Assembly: GCA_038087875.1 (NCBI GenBank)
Contig: CM075977.1
Location: 228,346,001 to 228,410,000, forward strand
Direction: 5' to 3'
DNA from: Malacoraja senta
Lineage: Eukaryota
Length of the DNA stretch: 64,000 nt
Shown piece after piece: positions 20,749 to 33,214 of this stretch. Numbering within the stretch: position 1 is the stretch's first letter; each line of letters begins with the position of its first letter. The position numbers were made by a program, and so were the translations under genes. Under the pieces are notes generated by a model. That model was not told the DNA's origin, did not search any database, and saw nothing but the letters and a program-made list of their open reading frames with translations.

Positions 20749-23700
20749 GGGCCCGAAATCTGCAACGTTCCAAGTTCCACTTAAAAAACAAGTGGGTTTG
20801 AGGAAGCCGCTGATTGGCGGAAGCAGACAAGAGGGAGCAGCTGATTGGGAGTCAGATCCCTGCTGATTGTACTGTATTGTAGCAGTTTGTTTTGTATTGT
20901 ATCTTAGGTAAGAGGAAAAAGAGAAGAGGTCTTGAAAGGAGAATTTAGGGAGTTGGGAGGAGAGTTAAGGAGAAGGACTACAAAGGTAACAATCTCAGGA
21001 TTACTACCTGTGCCATGCGACGGTGAGAGTAGGAATGGAGTGAGGTGGAGGATAAATGCGTGGCTGAGGAACTGGTGCAGCGGGCAGGGATTCAAATTTC
21101 TGGATCATTGGGACCTCTTTTGGGGAAGGTGTGACCTGTACAGAAAGGACGGGTTGCACTTGAACCCGAGGGGGACCAATATCCTGGCGGGGAGATTTGC
21201 AAAGGCTACTGGGGAGACTTTAAACTAGAACGGTTGGGGGGAGGGACTCAAATAGAGAAAGCTAGTGGAAAATGTGGGAGGCAGGAGGCAGAGAAGGGAA
21301 GCACTTGGACCCAAAATGTAGGGGAGAAAGAAGAAAAAGATAATAAACAGAGAATAAGTGGTGGTGGGTTTCTTAAATGTGTATATTTTAATGCTAGGAG
21401 CATTGTAAGAAAGGTGGATGAGCTTAGAGCCTGGATTGACACCTGGAAGTATGATATTGTGGCGATCAGTGAAACATGGTTGCAGGAGGGCTGTGATTGG
21501 CAAATAAATATTCCAGGATTTCGTTGCTTCAGGGGTGATAGAATTGGAGGGGCAAGAGGTGGGGGTGTTGCATTGCTTGTCAAGGAAGATATTACAGCAG
21601 TGCTTTGGCAGGATAGATTAGAGGGCTCGTCTAGGGCGGCTATTTGGATGGAACTGAGAAATCGGAAAGGTGTAGCAACACTTATAGGGGTGTATTATAG
21701 ACCGCCAAATGGGGAGCGAGAATTGGAAGAGCAAATATGTAAGGAGATAGCAGATATTAGTAGTAATTGTGGGAGATTTCAATTTTCCACACATAGACTG
21801 GGAAACACATTCTGTAAAAGGGCTGGATGGTTTGGAGTTTGTAAAATGTGTGCAAGATAGTTTTTTGCAGCAATACATAGAGGTACCTACTAGAGAAGGG
21901 GCAGTGCTGGACCTCCTGTTAGGAAATGAGACAGGGCAGGTGGCGGAGGTATGCGTCGGGGAGCACTTCGGGTCCAGTGATCACAATACCATTAGTTTCA
22001 ATATAATTATGGAGAGGGTCAGAACTGGACCTAGGGTTGAGATTTTTGTTTGGAGAAAGGCTAACTTTGAGGAGATGCGAAAGGATTTAAAAGGAGTGAA
22101 TTGGGACATGTTGTTTTATGGGAAGGATGTAGAAGAAAAATGGAGGACATTTAAGGGTGAAATTTTAAGAGTACAGAATCTTTATGTCCCTGTTCGGTTG
22201 AAAGGAAATAGTAAAAAATGGAAAGAGCCATGGTTTTCAAGGGAAATTGGACACTTGGTTCGGAAAAAGAGAGAGATCTACAATAATTATAGGCAGCATG
22301 GAGTAAATGAGGTGCTTGAGGAGTATAAAGAATGTAAAAAGAATATTAAGAAAGAAATTAGAAAAGCTAAAAGAAGATATGAGGTTGCTTTGGCAAGTAA
22401 GGTGAAAGTAAATCCAAAGGGTTTCTACAGCTATATTAATAGCAAAAGGATAACAAGGAATAAAATTGGTCCATTAGAGAGTCAGAGTGGACAGCTATCT
22501 GCAGAGCCAAAAGAGATGGGGGAGATATTGAACAATTTATTTTCTTCGGTATTCACGAAGGAGAAGGATATGGAATTATGTGAGGTAAGGGAAACAAGCA
22601 GTGTAGCAATGGAAACTGTGAGATTCAAAGAAGAGGAGGTGCGGACACTTTTGAAAAATATGAAAACGGATAAGTCTCCAGGTCCTGACAGGATATTCCC
22701 TAGGACATTGAGGGAAGTTAGTGTAGAAATAGCAGAGGCTATGACAGAAATATTTCAAATGTCATTAGAAACGGGAATACTGCCGGAGGATTGGCGTACT
22801 GCGCATGTTGTTCCGTTGTTTAAAAAGGGTTCGAAGAGTAAACCTAGCAATTATAGACCTGTTAGTTTGACGTCAGTGGTGGGCAAATTAATGGAAAGGA
22901 TACTTAAAGATAATATATATAAGCATCTGGATAAGCAGGGTCTGATTAGGAACAGTCAACATGGATTTGTGCCTGGAAGGTCATGCTTGACTAATCTTCT
23001 TGAATTTTTCGAAGAGGTTACTAGGGAAATTGATGAGGGTAAAGCAGTGGATGTTGTCTATATGGACTTCAGTAAGGCCTTTGACAAGGTTCCTCATGGA
23101 AGGTTGGTTAAGAAGATTCAATTGTTGGGTATTAATGGTGGAGTAGCAAGATGGATTCAACAGTGGCTGAATGGGAGATGCCAGACAGTAATGGTGGATG
23201 GCTGTTTGTCAGGTTGGAGGCCGGTGACTAGTGGGGTGCCTCAGGGGTCTGTGTTGGGTCCACTGTTGTTTGTCATGTACATCAATGATCTAGATGATGG
23301 TGTGGAAAATTGGATTAGTAAGTATGCAGATGATACTAAGATAGGTGGTGTTGTGGATAATGAAGTAGATTTTCAAAGTCTACAGAGAGATTTAGGCCAT
23401 TTGGAAGAGTGGGCTGAAAGATGGCAGATGGAGTTTAATGCTGACAAATGTGAGGTGCTACATCTCGGCAGGACAAATCAAAATAGGACGTACACGGTAA
23501 ATGGTAGCGAATTGAGGAATGCAGTTGAACAGAGGGATCTAGGAATAACTGTGCATAGTTCCCTGAAGGTGGAATCTCATGTAGATAGGGTGGTAAAGAA
23601 AGCTTTTGGTGTGCTGGCCTTTATAAATCAGAGCATTGAATATAGAAGTTGGGATGTAATGTTAAAATTGTACAAGGCATTGGTGAGGCCAATTCTGGAG

Positions 23701-24300
23701 TATGGAGTACAATTTTGGTCGCCTAATTATAGGAAGGATGTCAACAAAATAGAGAGAGTACAGAGGAGATTTACTAGAATGTTGCCTGGGTTTCAGCAAC
23801 TAAGTTACAGAGAAAGGTTGAACAAGTTAGGTTTTTATTCTTTGGAGCGCAGAAGGTTAAGAGGGGACTTGATAGAGGTCTTTAAAATTATGAGCGGGTT
23901 AGACAGAGTGGACGTGGATAAGCTTTTCCCATTGAGAGTAGGGAAGATTCAAACAAGGGGACATGACTTGAGAATTAAGGGAAAGAAGTTTAGGGGGAAC
24001 ATTAGGGGGAACTTCTTTACTCAGAGAGTGGTAGCTGTGTGGAATGAGCTTCCAGTGGAAGTGGTGGAGGCAGGTTCGATGTTATCCTTTAAAAATAGAT
24101 TGGATGGGTATATGGACGGGAAAGGAATAGAGGGTTATGGTCTGAGTGCAGGTAGATGGGACTAGGGGGAAGTATTTATTTTTTATTTAAAAAAATATAT
24201 ATATATATAATTAAAAATAAAAAAATGTTCGGCACGGACTTGAAGGGCCGAGATGGCCTGTTTCCGTGCTGTTATGGTTATATGGTTATATGGTTATATG
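20269..24300 (+). mobile_element. Near full-length CR1/HER1-type LINE (family A, copy A1) with ORF1 internal deletion and one ORF2 frameshift
   Basis: 5' monomers; esterase C-terminal part 20932..21228; APE endonuclease 21234..21860 (ISETWL, YYRPP); RT 21769..24165 (YMDFSKAFDKV, PQGS, KYADD); tail ggcctgtttccgtgctg(ttatatgg)n. Confidence 0.93.
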
Positions 24301-24311
24301 GTAAGGGGAGT

Positions 24312-25247
24312 ATGAGGGCCAGGGCAGTTTACTGTTCTGGATGTCAGATGTGGGAAGTCATGGAGTCTGATAGCCCTCCAGACGTCCACATCTGCGCCAG
24401 GTGTATCGAGATGGGGCTCCTAATGGACCGTATTAGGAACCTGGAGCAGCAGCTCGATGACCTCCGTCTGGTCAGGGAGAGCGAGGAAGTCATTGAGAAG
24501 AGTTACAGGGAGGTGGCCACTCCAAGACCACAGGAGGCAGGCAAGTGGATCACGGTTGGGAGAGGCAAGGGGCACAGGCAGGGACTAGAGAGTACCCCGG
24601 TGGCTGTACACCTTGACAATAAGTACTCCTGTTTGAGCACTGTTCGGGGGGACAGCCTACCTGGGGGTAGCGACAGCGGCCGGGCCTCCGGTATAGAGAC
24701 CGACCCTGTTGCTCAGAAGGGTAAGGAAAAGAAGAGGAGGGCAATACTAATAGGGGACTCTATAGTTAGGGGGTCAGACAGGCGATTCTGTGGACGCAGT
24801 CGGGAGACCCGGATGGTAGTTTGCCTCCCTGGTGCCAGGGTCTGTGATGTGTCTCAACGTGTCCAAGATATCCTGAAAGGGCAGGGAGAGGAGCCCGAGG
24901 TCGTGGTACATATAGGTACCAATGACATAGGTAAAAAAAGAGAAGAGGTCCTGAAAGGAGAATTTAGGGAGTTAGGAGGGGAGTTAAAGAGAACGACAGC
25001 AAAGGTAACAATCTCGGGATTACTGCCTGTGCCACGCGACAGTGAGAGTAGGAATGGAGCGAGGTGGAGGATAAATGCGTGGCTGAAGGACTGGTGCAGA
25101 AGGCAGGGATTCAAATTTCTGGATCATTGGGACCTCTTTTGTGGAAGGTTCGACCTGTACAAAAAGGATGGGTTGCACTTGAACCTGAGGGGGACCGATA
25201 TCCTGGCGGGGAGATCTGCAAAGGCTACTGGGGAGACTTTAAACTAG
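24312..25247 (+). CDS. CR1-type LINE ORF1p (copy A2): Cys-rich/coiled-coil N-terminus plus SGNH esterase domain, apparently intact (311 aa)
   Basis: ATG at 24312; CxxC...CxxC; GDSIVR, GTND and DGLH esterase blocks; stop TAG at 25245-25247. Confidence 0.85.
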   Translation: MRARAVYCSGCQMWEVMESDSPPDVHICARCIEMGLLMDRIRNLEQQLDDLRLVRESEEVIEKSYREVATPRPQEAGKWITVGRGKGHRQGLESTPVAVHLDNKYSCLSTVRGDSLPGGSDSGRASGIETDPVAQKGKEKKRRAILIGDSIVRGSDRRFCGRSRETRMVVCLPGARVCDVSQRVQDILKGQGEEPEVVVHIGTNDIGKKREEVLKGEFRELGGELKRTTAKVTISGLLPVPRDSESRNGARWRINAWLKDWCRRQGFKFLDHWDLFCGRFDLYKKDGLHLNLRGTDILAGRSAKATGETLN

Positions 25248-28056
25248 AATGGTTGGGGGAGGGACTCAAATAGAGAATACTATTAGACAGTGTGTGAGGC
25301 AGGAGGCAGAGCAGGAAAGCACTCAGACCCAACATGTAGGGGGGAAAGATGAAAACAATAATAAACAGAGAATAAGAGGTGGTGGGGTTCTTAAATGGGT
25401 GAGCAGAGAAACAGAGGGGTGTAAATTGCGGGCGGAAGCAATAGGTAGCAAGGTGAAAAGTAAAAGTGGCAGGCAGACAAATCCAGGGCAAAAATCAAAA
25501 AGGGCCACTTTTCAACATAATCGTATAAGGGGTAAGAGCGTTGTAAAAACAAGCCTGAAGGCTTTGTGTCTCAATGCAAGGAGCATTCGTAATAAGGTGG
25601 ATGAGTTGAACGTGCAGATAGCAATTAATGATTATGATATAGTTGGGATCACGGAGACATGGCTCCAGGGTGACTAAGGCTGGGAGCTGAACATCCAGGG
25701 ACATTCAATATTCAGGAGGGATAGAGAGAAAGGAAAAGGAGGTGGGGTAGCGTTGCTGGTTAGAGAGGAGATTAACGCAGTGGAAATGAAGGACATTAGC
25801 TTGGAGGATGTGGAATCGGTATGGGTAGAGCTGCGAAACACTAAGGGGCAGAAAACGCTGGTGGGTGTTGTGTACAGGCCACCTAGCAATAGTAGTGAAG
25901 TTGGGGATGGCATCAAACAGGAAATTAGAAATGCGTGCAACAAAGGCAAAACAGTTATAATGGGTGACTTCAATCTACATATAGATTGGGTGAATCAAAT
26001 TGGCAGGGGTGCTGAGGAAGAGGATTTCTTGGAATGTATGCGGGATAGTTATCTAAACCAACATGTAGAGGAACCAACGAGAGAGCAGGCTATTCTAGAC
26101 TGGGTATTGAGTAATGAGGAAGGGTTAGTTAGCAGTCTTGTTGTGCGTGCCCCCTTGGGCAAGAGTGACCATAATATGGTTGAGTTCTTCATTAGGATGG
26201 AGAGTGACATTGTTAATTCAGAAACAACGGTTCTGAACTTAAAGAAAGGTAACTTTGAGGGTATGAGACGTGAATTGGCCAAGATTGACTGGCAATTAGT
26301 TCTAAAAGCGTTGACGGTGGATATGCAATGGAAGGCATTTAAAGACTGCATGGATGAACTACAAAAATTGTTCATCCCAGTTTGGAAAAAGAATAAATCA
26401 GGGAAGGTAGTGCATCCGTGGATAACAAGGGAAATCAGGGATAGTATCAAAGCAAAAGATGATGCGTACAAATTAGCCAGAAAAAGCAGCATACCAGAGG
26501 ACTGGGAGAAATTCAGAGACCAGCAGAGGAGGACAAAGGGCTTAATTAGGAAAGGGAAAATAGATTATGAAAGGAAACTGGCAGGGAACATAAAAACTGA
26601 CTGCAAAAGTTTTTATAGATATGTGAAGAGAAAGAGATTAGTTAAAACAAATGTAGGTCCCTTGCAGTCAGAAACAGGTGAATTGATCATGGGGAACAAG
26701 GATATGGCGGACCAATTGAATAACTACTTTGGTTCCGTCTTCACTAAGGAAGACATAAATAATCTGCCGGAAATAGCAGGGGGCCGCGGGTCAAAGGAGA
26801 TGGAGGAACTGAGTGAAATCCAGGTTAGTCGGGAAGTGGTGTTAGGTAACTTGAATGGATTAAAGGCCGATAAATCACCAGGGCCAGATAGGCTGCATCC
26901 CAGAGTACTTAAGGAAGTAGCTCCAGAAATAGTGGATGCATTAGTGATAATTTTTCAAAACTCTTTAGATTCTGGAGTAGTTCCTGAGGATTGGAGGGTA
27001 GCAAACGTAACCCCTCTTTTTAAGAAGGGAGGGAGAGAGAAAACGGGGAATTACAGACCAGTTAGTCTAACATCGGTAGTGGGGAAACTGCTAGAGTCAG
27101 TTATTAAAGATGGGATAGCAGCACATTTGGAAAGTGGTGAAATCATTGGACAAAGTCAGCATGGATTTACGAAAGGTAAATCGTGTCTGACGAATCTTAT
27201 AGAATTTTTCGAGGATGTAACGAGTAGAGTGGATAGGGGAGAACCAGTGGATGTGTTGTATCTGGACTTTCAGAAGGCTTTCGACAAGGTACCACATAAG
27301 AGATTAGGATACAAACTTAAATCACACGGTATTGGGGGTTCAGTATTGATGTGGATAGAGAACTGGCTGGCAAACAGGAAGCAAAGAGTAGGAGTAAACG
27401 GGTCCTTTTCACAATGGCAGGCAGTGACTAGTGGGGTACCGCAAGGCTCAGTGCTGGGACCCCAGCTATTTACAATTTATATTAATGAGCTGGATGGGGG
27501 AATTGAAAGCAACATCTCCAAGTTTGCGGATGACACTAAGCTGGGGGGCAGTGTTAGGTGTGAGGAGGATGCTAGGAGACTGCAAGGTGACTTGGATAGG
27601 CTGGGTGAGTGGGCAAATGTTTGGCAGATGCAGTATAATGTGGATAAATGTGAGGTTATCCACTTTGGTGGCAAAAACAGGAAGGCAGACTATTATCTAA
27701 ATGGTGGCCGATTAGGAAATGGGGAGATGCAGCGAGACCTGGGTGTCATGGTACACCAGTCATTGAAAGTAGGCATGCAGGTGCAACAGGCAGTGAAGAA
27801 AGCGAATGGTATGTTGGCTTTCATAGCAAGAGGATTTGAGTATAGGAGCAGGGAGGTTCTACTGCAGTTGTACAGGGTCTTGGTGAGACCACACCTGGAG
27901 TATTGCGTACAGTTTTGGTCTCCAAATCTGAGGAAGGACATTATAGCCATAGAGGGAGTGCAGAGAAGGTTCACCAGACTGATTCCTGGGATGTCAGGAC
28001 TTTCATATGAAGAAAGACTGGATAGACTTGGCATACTCGCTAGAATTTAGGAGATT

Positions 28057-30668
28057 TTTTTTAATTTTTTTTTAAAGTTATTTTTATTAGAAGTACGGTA
28101 AATTACAGTAATACACAACACTTATATCTTAATACATTTTTTATACCGCTTCATTTTTTTGAGCTTTAAGAGAAAGATAGAAGTAAGAAAAGTAAAGAAA
28201 GTGCGCAAGAGTCGTGAAGTGCAAGAGAGTGTTGTGAAAAGAAAGCCCCTTAGAAAAGAAGTTAGAGAAGGAAGTAAAGTAAGAAAGTAGACCCTAGAAA
28301 AGAAAGAAAAAGAAAGTAGGAACAATCGCAGAAAGGGAACCACCAACCAAGTCTGTTTTTATTGTTTTACCTCCCATTACCAGGTCCTGATACCATTTCT
28401 TTATTTATTTATTTTTAAAATTACTATTGCACCTCATGCTTGTAATAGGTCCAGAAACGTAGACCACGTCTTTTGAAATTGGTCTGCTTTACCTGCTAAG
28501 AGGAATCTCATCTCTTCCAGATGTAATGTTTCCAACATATTTGATGTCCACATTTTTATTGTTGGTGTGGGCGCATTTTTCCAGAATTTAAGTATGAGCT
28601 TTTTTCCCATTATTAGCCCGTAATTGAATAAGTTCTTCTGATACACGTTTAATTCAGGGATACCTTCCGATATTCCAAAAATGATCCATTCTGGTTTTGG
28701 TACCAGTTTTATTTTAATTAATTTTGAGAAAATATCAAATATTTCATACCAGAATTTTTGGATTTTTGTACAAAAAAACAAAGAATGCGCTATGGTAGCT
28801 TCTTGACATAGACATTTATCACAGATTGGTGAAACATTAGGAAAGATTTTATTTAATTTAGTTTTTGAATAATATAGTCTATGTAATGTTTTGAATTGGA
28901 TGAGCGTATGTAGTACGTTGATCGAACATTTATGCACCTGTAGTAAATGGTTATCCCAGCTCTCTTTTGAAATTTTTATAGCTAATTCTTGTTCCCAGTC
29001 TCTTCTAATTCCATCTGTTGTGGGTATTTCTATGTTTAAAATGATATTATATACAGTGGCTTGCAAAAGTATTCATACCCCTTGAACTTTTCCACATTTT
29101 GTCACGTTACAACCACAAATGTAAATGTATTTTATTGGGATTTTATGTGATAGACCAACACAAAGTGGTGCATAATTGTGTAGTGGAAGAAAAATGGTAC
29201 ATGGTTTTCAAATTTTTTTACAAATAAAAAACTGAAAAGTGTCGCGTGCAAAAGTATTCAGCCCCCCTGAGTCAATACTTTGTAGAACCACCTTTCGCTG
29301 CAATTACAGCTGCAAGTCTTTTGGGGTATGTCTCCACCAGCTTTGCACATCTAGAGACTGAAATTTTTGCCCATTCTTCTTTGCAAAATAGCTCAAGCTC
29401 AGTCAGATTGGATGGAGGGCGTCTGTGAACAGCAATTTTCAAGTCTTGCCAGAGATTCTCAATTGGATTTAGGTCTGGACTTTGACTGGGCCATTCTAAC
29501 ACATGAATATGCTTTGATCTAAACCATTCCATTGTAGCTCTGGCTGTATGTTTAGGGTCGTTGTCCTGCTGGAAGGTGAACCTCCGCCCCAATCTCAAGT
29601 CTTTTGCAGACTCTAACAGGTTTTCTTCCAAGATTGCCCTGTATTTGGCTCCATCCATCTTCCCATCAACTCTGACCAACTTCCCTGTCCCTGCTGAAGA
29701 AAAGCATCCCCACAGCATGATGCTGCCACCACCATGTTTCACAGTGGGGATGGTGTCTTCAGGGTGATGTGCAATGTTAGTTTTCCGCCACACATAGTGT
29801 TTTGCATTTAGGGCAAAAACTTCAATTTTGGTCTCATCTACCCAGAGCACCTTCCTCCACATGTTTGCTGTGTCCCCCACATGGCTTGTGGCAAACTGCA
29901 AACAGGACTTCTTATGGCTTTTTTTTCAACAATGGCTTTCTTCTTGCCACTCTTCCATAAAGGCCCGATTTGTGGAGTGCACGACTAATAGTTGTCCTGT
30001 GGACAGATTCTCCCACCTGAGCTGTGGATCTCTGCAGCTCCTCCAGAGTTACCATGGCTGCTTCTCTGATCAATGCTCTCCTTGCCCGGCCTGTCAGTTT
30101 AGGTGGACGGCTATGTCTTGGTAGGTTTGCAGTTGTGCCATACTCTTTCCATTTTCGGATGATGGATTGAACAGTGCTCTGTGAGATGTTCAAAGCTTGG
30201 GATATTTTTTTAATAACCTAACCCTGCTTTAAACTTCTCCACAACTTTATCCCTGATCTGTCTGGTATGTTCCTTGGGCTTCATGATGCTGTTTGTTCAC
30301 TAATATTCTCTAACAAACCTCTGAGGCCTTCACAGAACAGCTGTATTTATACTGAGATTAGATTACACACAAGTGGACTCTATTTACTAATTAGGTGACT
30401 TCTGAAGGCAATTGGTTGCACTGGATTTTATTTAGGGGTATCAGAGTAAAGGGGGCTGAATACTTTTGCACGCCACACTTTTCAGTTTTTTATTTGTAAA
30501 AAAATGTGAGAACCATGTATCATTTTCCTTCCACTTCACAATTATGCGCCACTTTGTGTTGGTCTATCACATAAAATCCCAATAAGATACATTTACGTTT
30601 GTGGTTGTAACGTGACAAAATGTGGAAAATTTCAAGGGGTATGAATACTTTTGCAAGCCACTGTAAGT
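28057..30668 (-). mobile_element. 5'-truncated L1/Tx1-type LINE (ORF2 C-terminal Cys-rich region, 3' UTR, poly-A), carrying a Tc1 insertion
   Basis: ORF 28434..29066 (QFKTLHRLYYS...CDKC...H.LFFC); poly-T on + from 28057; 12-bp TSD ATTTAGGAGATT at 28045-28056 and 30669-30680. Confidence 0.88.
29054..30663 (-). mobile_element. Full-length (1610 bp) Tc1-family DNA transposon, IR/DR-type TIRs, frameshifted DD34E transposase
   Basis: TA at 29052-53 and 30664-65; 213-bp TIRs (29054-29266, 30451-30663) with inner and outer TGCAAAAGTATTCA repeats. Transposase 30284 to 29272 with DETK, QQDND and NPIE (34 residues between D and E). Confidence 0.96.
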
Positions 30669-31087
30669 ATTTAGGAGATTGAGAGGGGATCTTATAGAAA
30701 CGTACAAAATTCTTATGGGGTTGGACAGGCTAGATGCAGGAAGATTGTTCCCGATGTTGGGGAAGTCCAGGACAAGGGGTCACAGCTTAAGGATATGGGG
30801 GAAATCCTTTAAGACCGAGATGAGGAAAAACTTTTTCACACAGAGAGTGGTGAATCTCTGGAACTCTCTGCCACAGAGGGTAGTTGAGGCCAGTTCATTG
30901 GCTATATTTAAGAGGGAGTTAGATGTGGCCCTTGTGGCTAAAGGGATCAGGGGGTATGGAGAGAAGGCAGGTACGGGATACTGAGTTGGATGATCAGCCA
31001 TGATCATATTGAATGGCGGTGCAGGCTCGAAGGGCCGAATGGCCTACTCCTGCACCTATTTTCTATGTATCTATGTATCTATGTATC

Positions 31088-33214
31088 GTAGTAAACAAAT
31101 AATGCATCACTGGTCAAGCACTTCTTACATGCATCATAAGCATTTTGTTGCTCTTTGGACCATTCCCATTTTTAATCCTTTTTCAACAACTTGTGAAGAG
31201 GAGCTAGCATTGTTGCTAACTCGGGTAAAAAGCGTGAGTAATACTGTACCATACCCAGGAAGGAGTGGAGTTGAGACACATTCTGTGGTGTTGGTGCGTT
31301 TGCTGTAGCTTCAATCTTTTCCATCACTGGTTGTTGTCCATGTTGATCCACTTTCAAACCAAGATACACTACTTCGGTCTGTAAGAATGCACATTTGCTT
31401 CTTTTCAACTTTATATTGTGATCATCAAGCTGTTTCAACACTTCTCTGAGTATCTCCAGATTCTCCTCCTCAGTAACAGTCGTAATCAGCAAGTCATCTT
31501 GATTGTTCAAACAATGTGATGTTCCTTGCAGAATCTTATCCATTGTAGCTTGGAAGGTTTTTGGTGCTGACTTCACACGATAGGGTAGTTTTGTGTAGGA
31601 ATACAGCCCCATGTGTGTGTTTATCATGAGGTACTGCTAGCTCTTATAATAAACATTTAACGGAGCATATGCATGTGACAGATCTAACTTAGAGAACACC
31701 TTGGAACCAGCAAGTTCAGTGCATAAATCTTGTGAGATTGGTAGTGGATACTGTTCATCATCTACTGCCTGGTTGATGGTCACTTTGTAGTCTCTACACA
31801 ATCTCACCGTGTTGTCCGCTTTCAGAACCACTACTGTTGGAGTAGCCCAATCACTGCGATCTGCTTTAACCAGTACACCATTTTGTTCCAACCTTTTGAT
31901 TTCCGCTTTACTTTTCAGCGAATATGGCACTGGTCGCAGTCTAGAGTGGACAGGTTCCACATCGGGTTGAATCCTGATGTGTGCTTGCTCACCCTTTATG
32001 CCATCGTAGCTGTCATTGAACATAGCATGATGTTTCTGCAACTACTGATCCAGTTGTGTTTGCGCTTCGACTTGGAATACAGTTTTCCAGTCCAGTTTCA
32101 GTAAGCTGAGCCAATATTTGCCCATCAACGTTGGCCTATTGGCATAACTTGCGACAACTATTGGCAACTTCAAAGTCTTGCTTTGTCATAAATCACAAAC
32201 AAAAATCATAAACACACATATCTCCAATAATTCTCCAGAGTACGTTTTCAGCTGAACATTTGTTTCTGCGATAGGCATATTGCTAAACTTGGATTCATGG
32301 GTGGCTTTGCTTATAATTGTGCAATCAGCAGCGGTATCAATACACATAGTAATGTATTGATTGTTCACTTTGACCCTTGTCTGAAAGTCTTCCTTTCCAG
32401 ACCCACCGTTCGTAGTATAGATGCCATACAGTCCAAGTTCATTACTCTCTGACTGTTCTTCGAGGTTGTGAATCACACGCATTTGGTTTTGTCGAGCCTT
32501 TTGTTTTGCTTTGTCCTGTGATGGTGCTCTGCATGCTGATCCAATATGACCTTTCTTTCGACATTTGTAGCACTTAGAGCCCTTGAACTGGCATTTTTGC
32601 TTTGTGTTGACCATTGCATCGATAGCACATATCTGCGCTTTCCCCAGAACTTTGCTGTGAAGGCCTTTTCCGTCTCGTCATGCTTGTGTTTTGGAACTGC
32701 CTTTTGACTGTTGACTGTGCCAGCATGTGTTGGTCGAAACTCATGTGTACTTTGACATGCCATCTGAATGGCCAAAGCAGTTTTGCATGCCAAATCAAAG
32801 GTAAGGGCTGGCGTGTTCAGTAATTTTGATTGGATTCACTCATCCTGCATTCCATATACAAATCTATAACGCAAAGCTCGATCCAGAAATGTTACAAAAT
32901 TGCAGTGTAGACACAACTTCTTCAATGAGATAATGTACTCACCCACAGTCTCACCAGGCTTCTGGTTTCTTGTGTGAACTTTGTAACTTTCTGCATTCTC
33001 TATGGGCTTAGGGTTGAAGTGAGCATCATGTTTTGAAAGAACAGTCTCAAATGAAACATTCCTTGCTTTCTCTGGGGCTAGGATATTGGTGAGTTTCATA
33101 AAATCAGGACCAATTTCAGTTAATAGAATGGCTTTCTTTCGTTCCTGGATGGCCTTGTTTTGTGCTCTTACCTGTACTTGATCATCATCATCCTGTTTCT
33201 TCAGCTTCAATAAT
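31088..33214 (-). pseudogene. Gypsy gag C-terminal part, protease and RT remnant
   Basis: CYKCRKKGHIGSAC knuckle; MCIDTAADCTII protease; RLC.DYKVTIN, FSKLDLSHAY, QDDLLIT RT motifs; many frameshifts. Confidence 0.9.

Larger units (their letters stand above)
25398..31087 (+). mobile_element. CR1/HER1-type LINE family B (ORF2 endonuclease and RT), interrupted at 28057-30668
   Basis: ORF2 with premature TAA at 25675-25677, continuing in ORF 25753..28050 (KFADD); resumes at 30669 (ORF 30679..30984); (ctatgtat)n tail ends near 31087. Confidence 0.93.

Noticed and set aside
24156-24311. N-terminal 52 aa of the 363-aa ORF
   Set aside because: Chance read-through of the upstream LINE's 3' UTR and microsatellite tail; the real ORF1 starts at ATG 24312.
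21769-28050. Long ORFs (798 aa and 765 aa) as host genes
   Set aside because: They are APE-endonuclease/RT ORF2 products of CR1-type LINEs with several paralogous fragments in the window.
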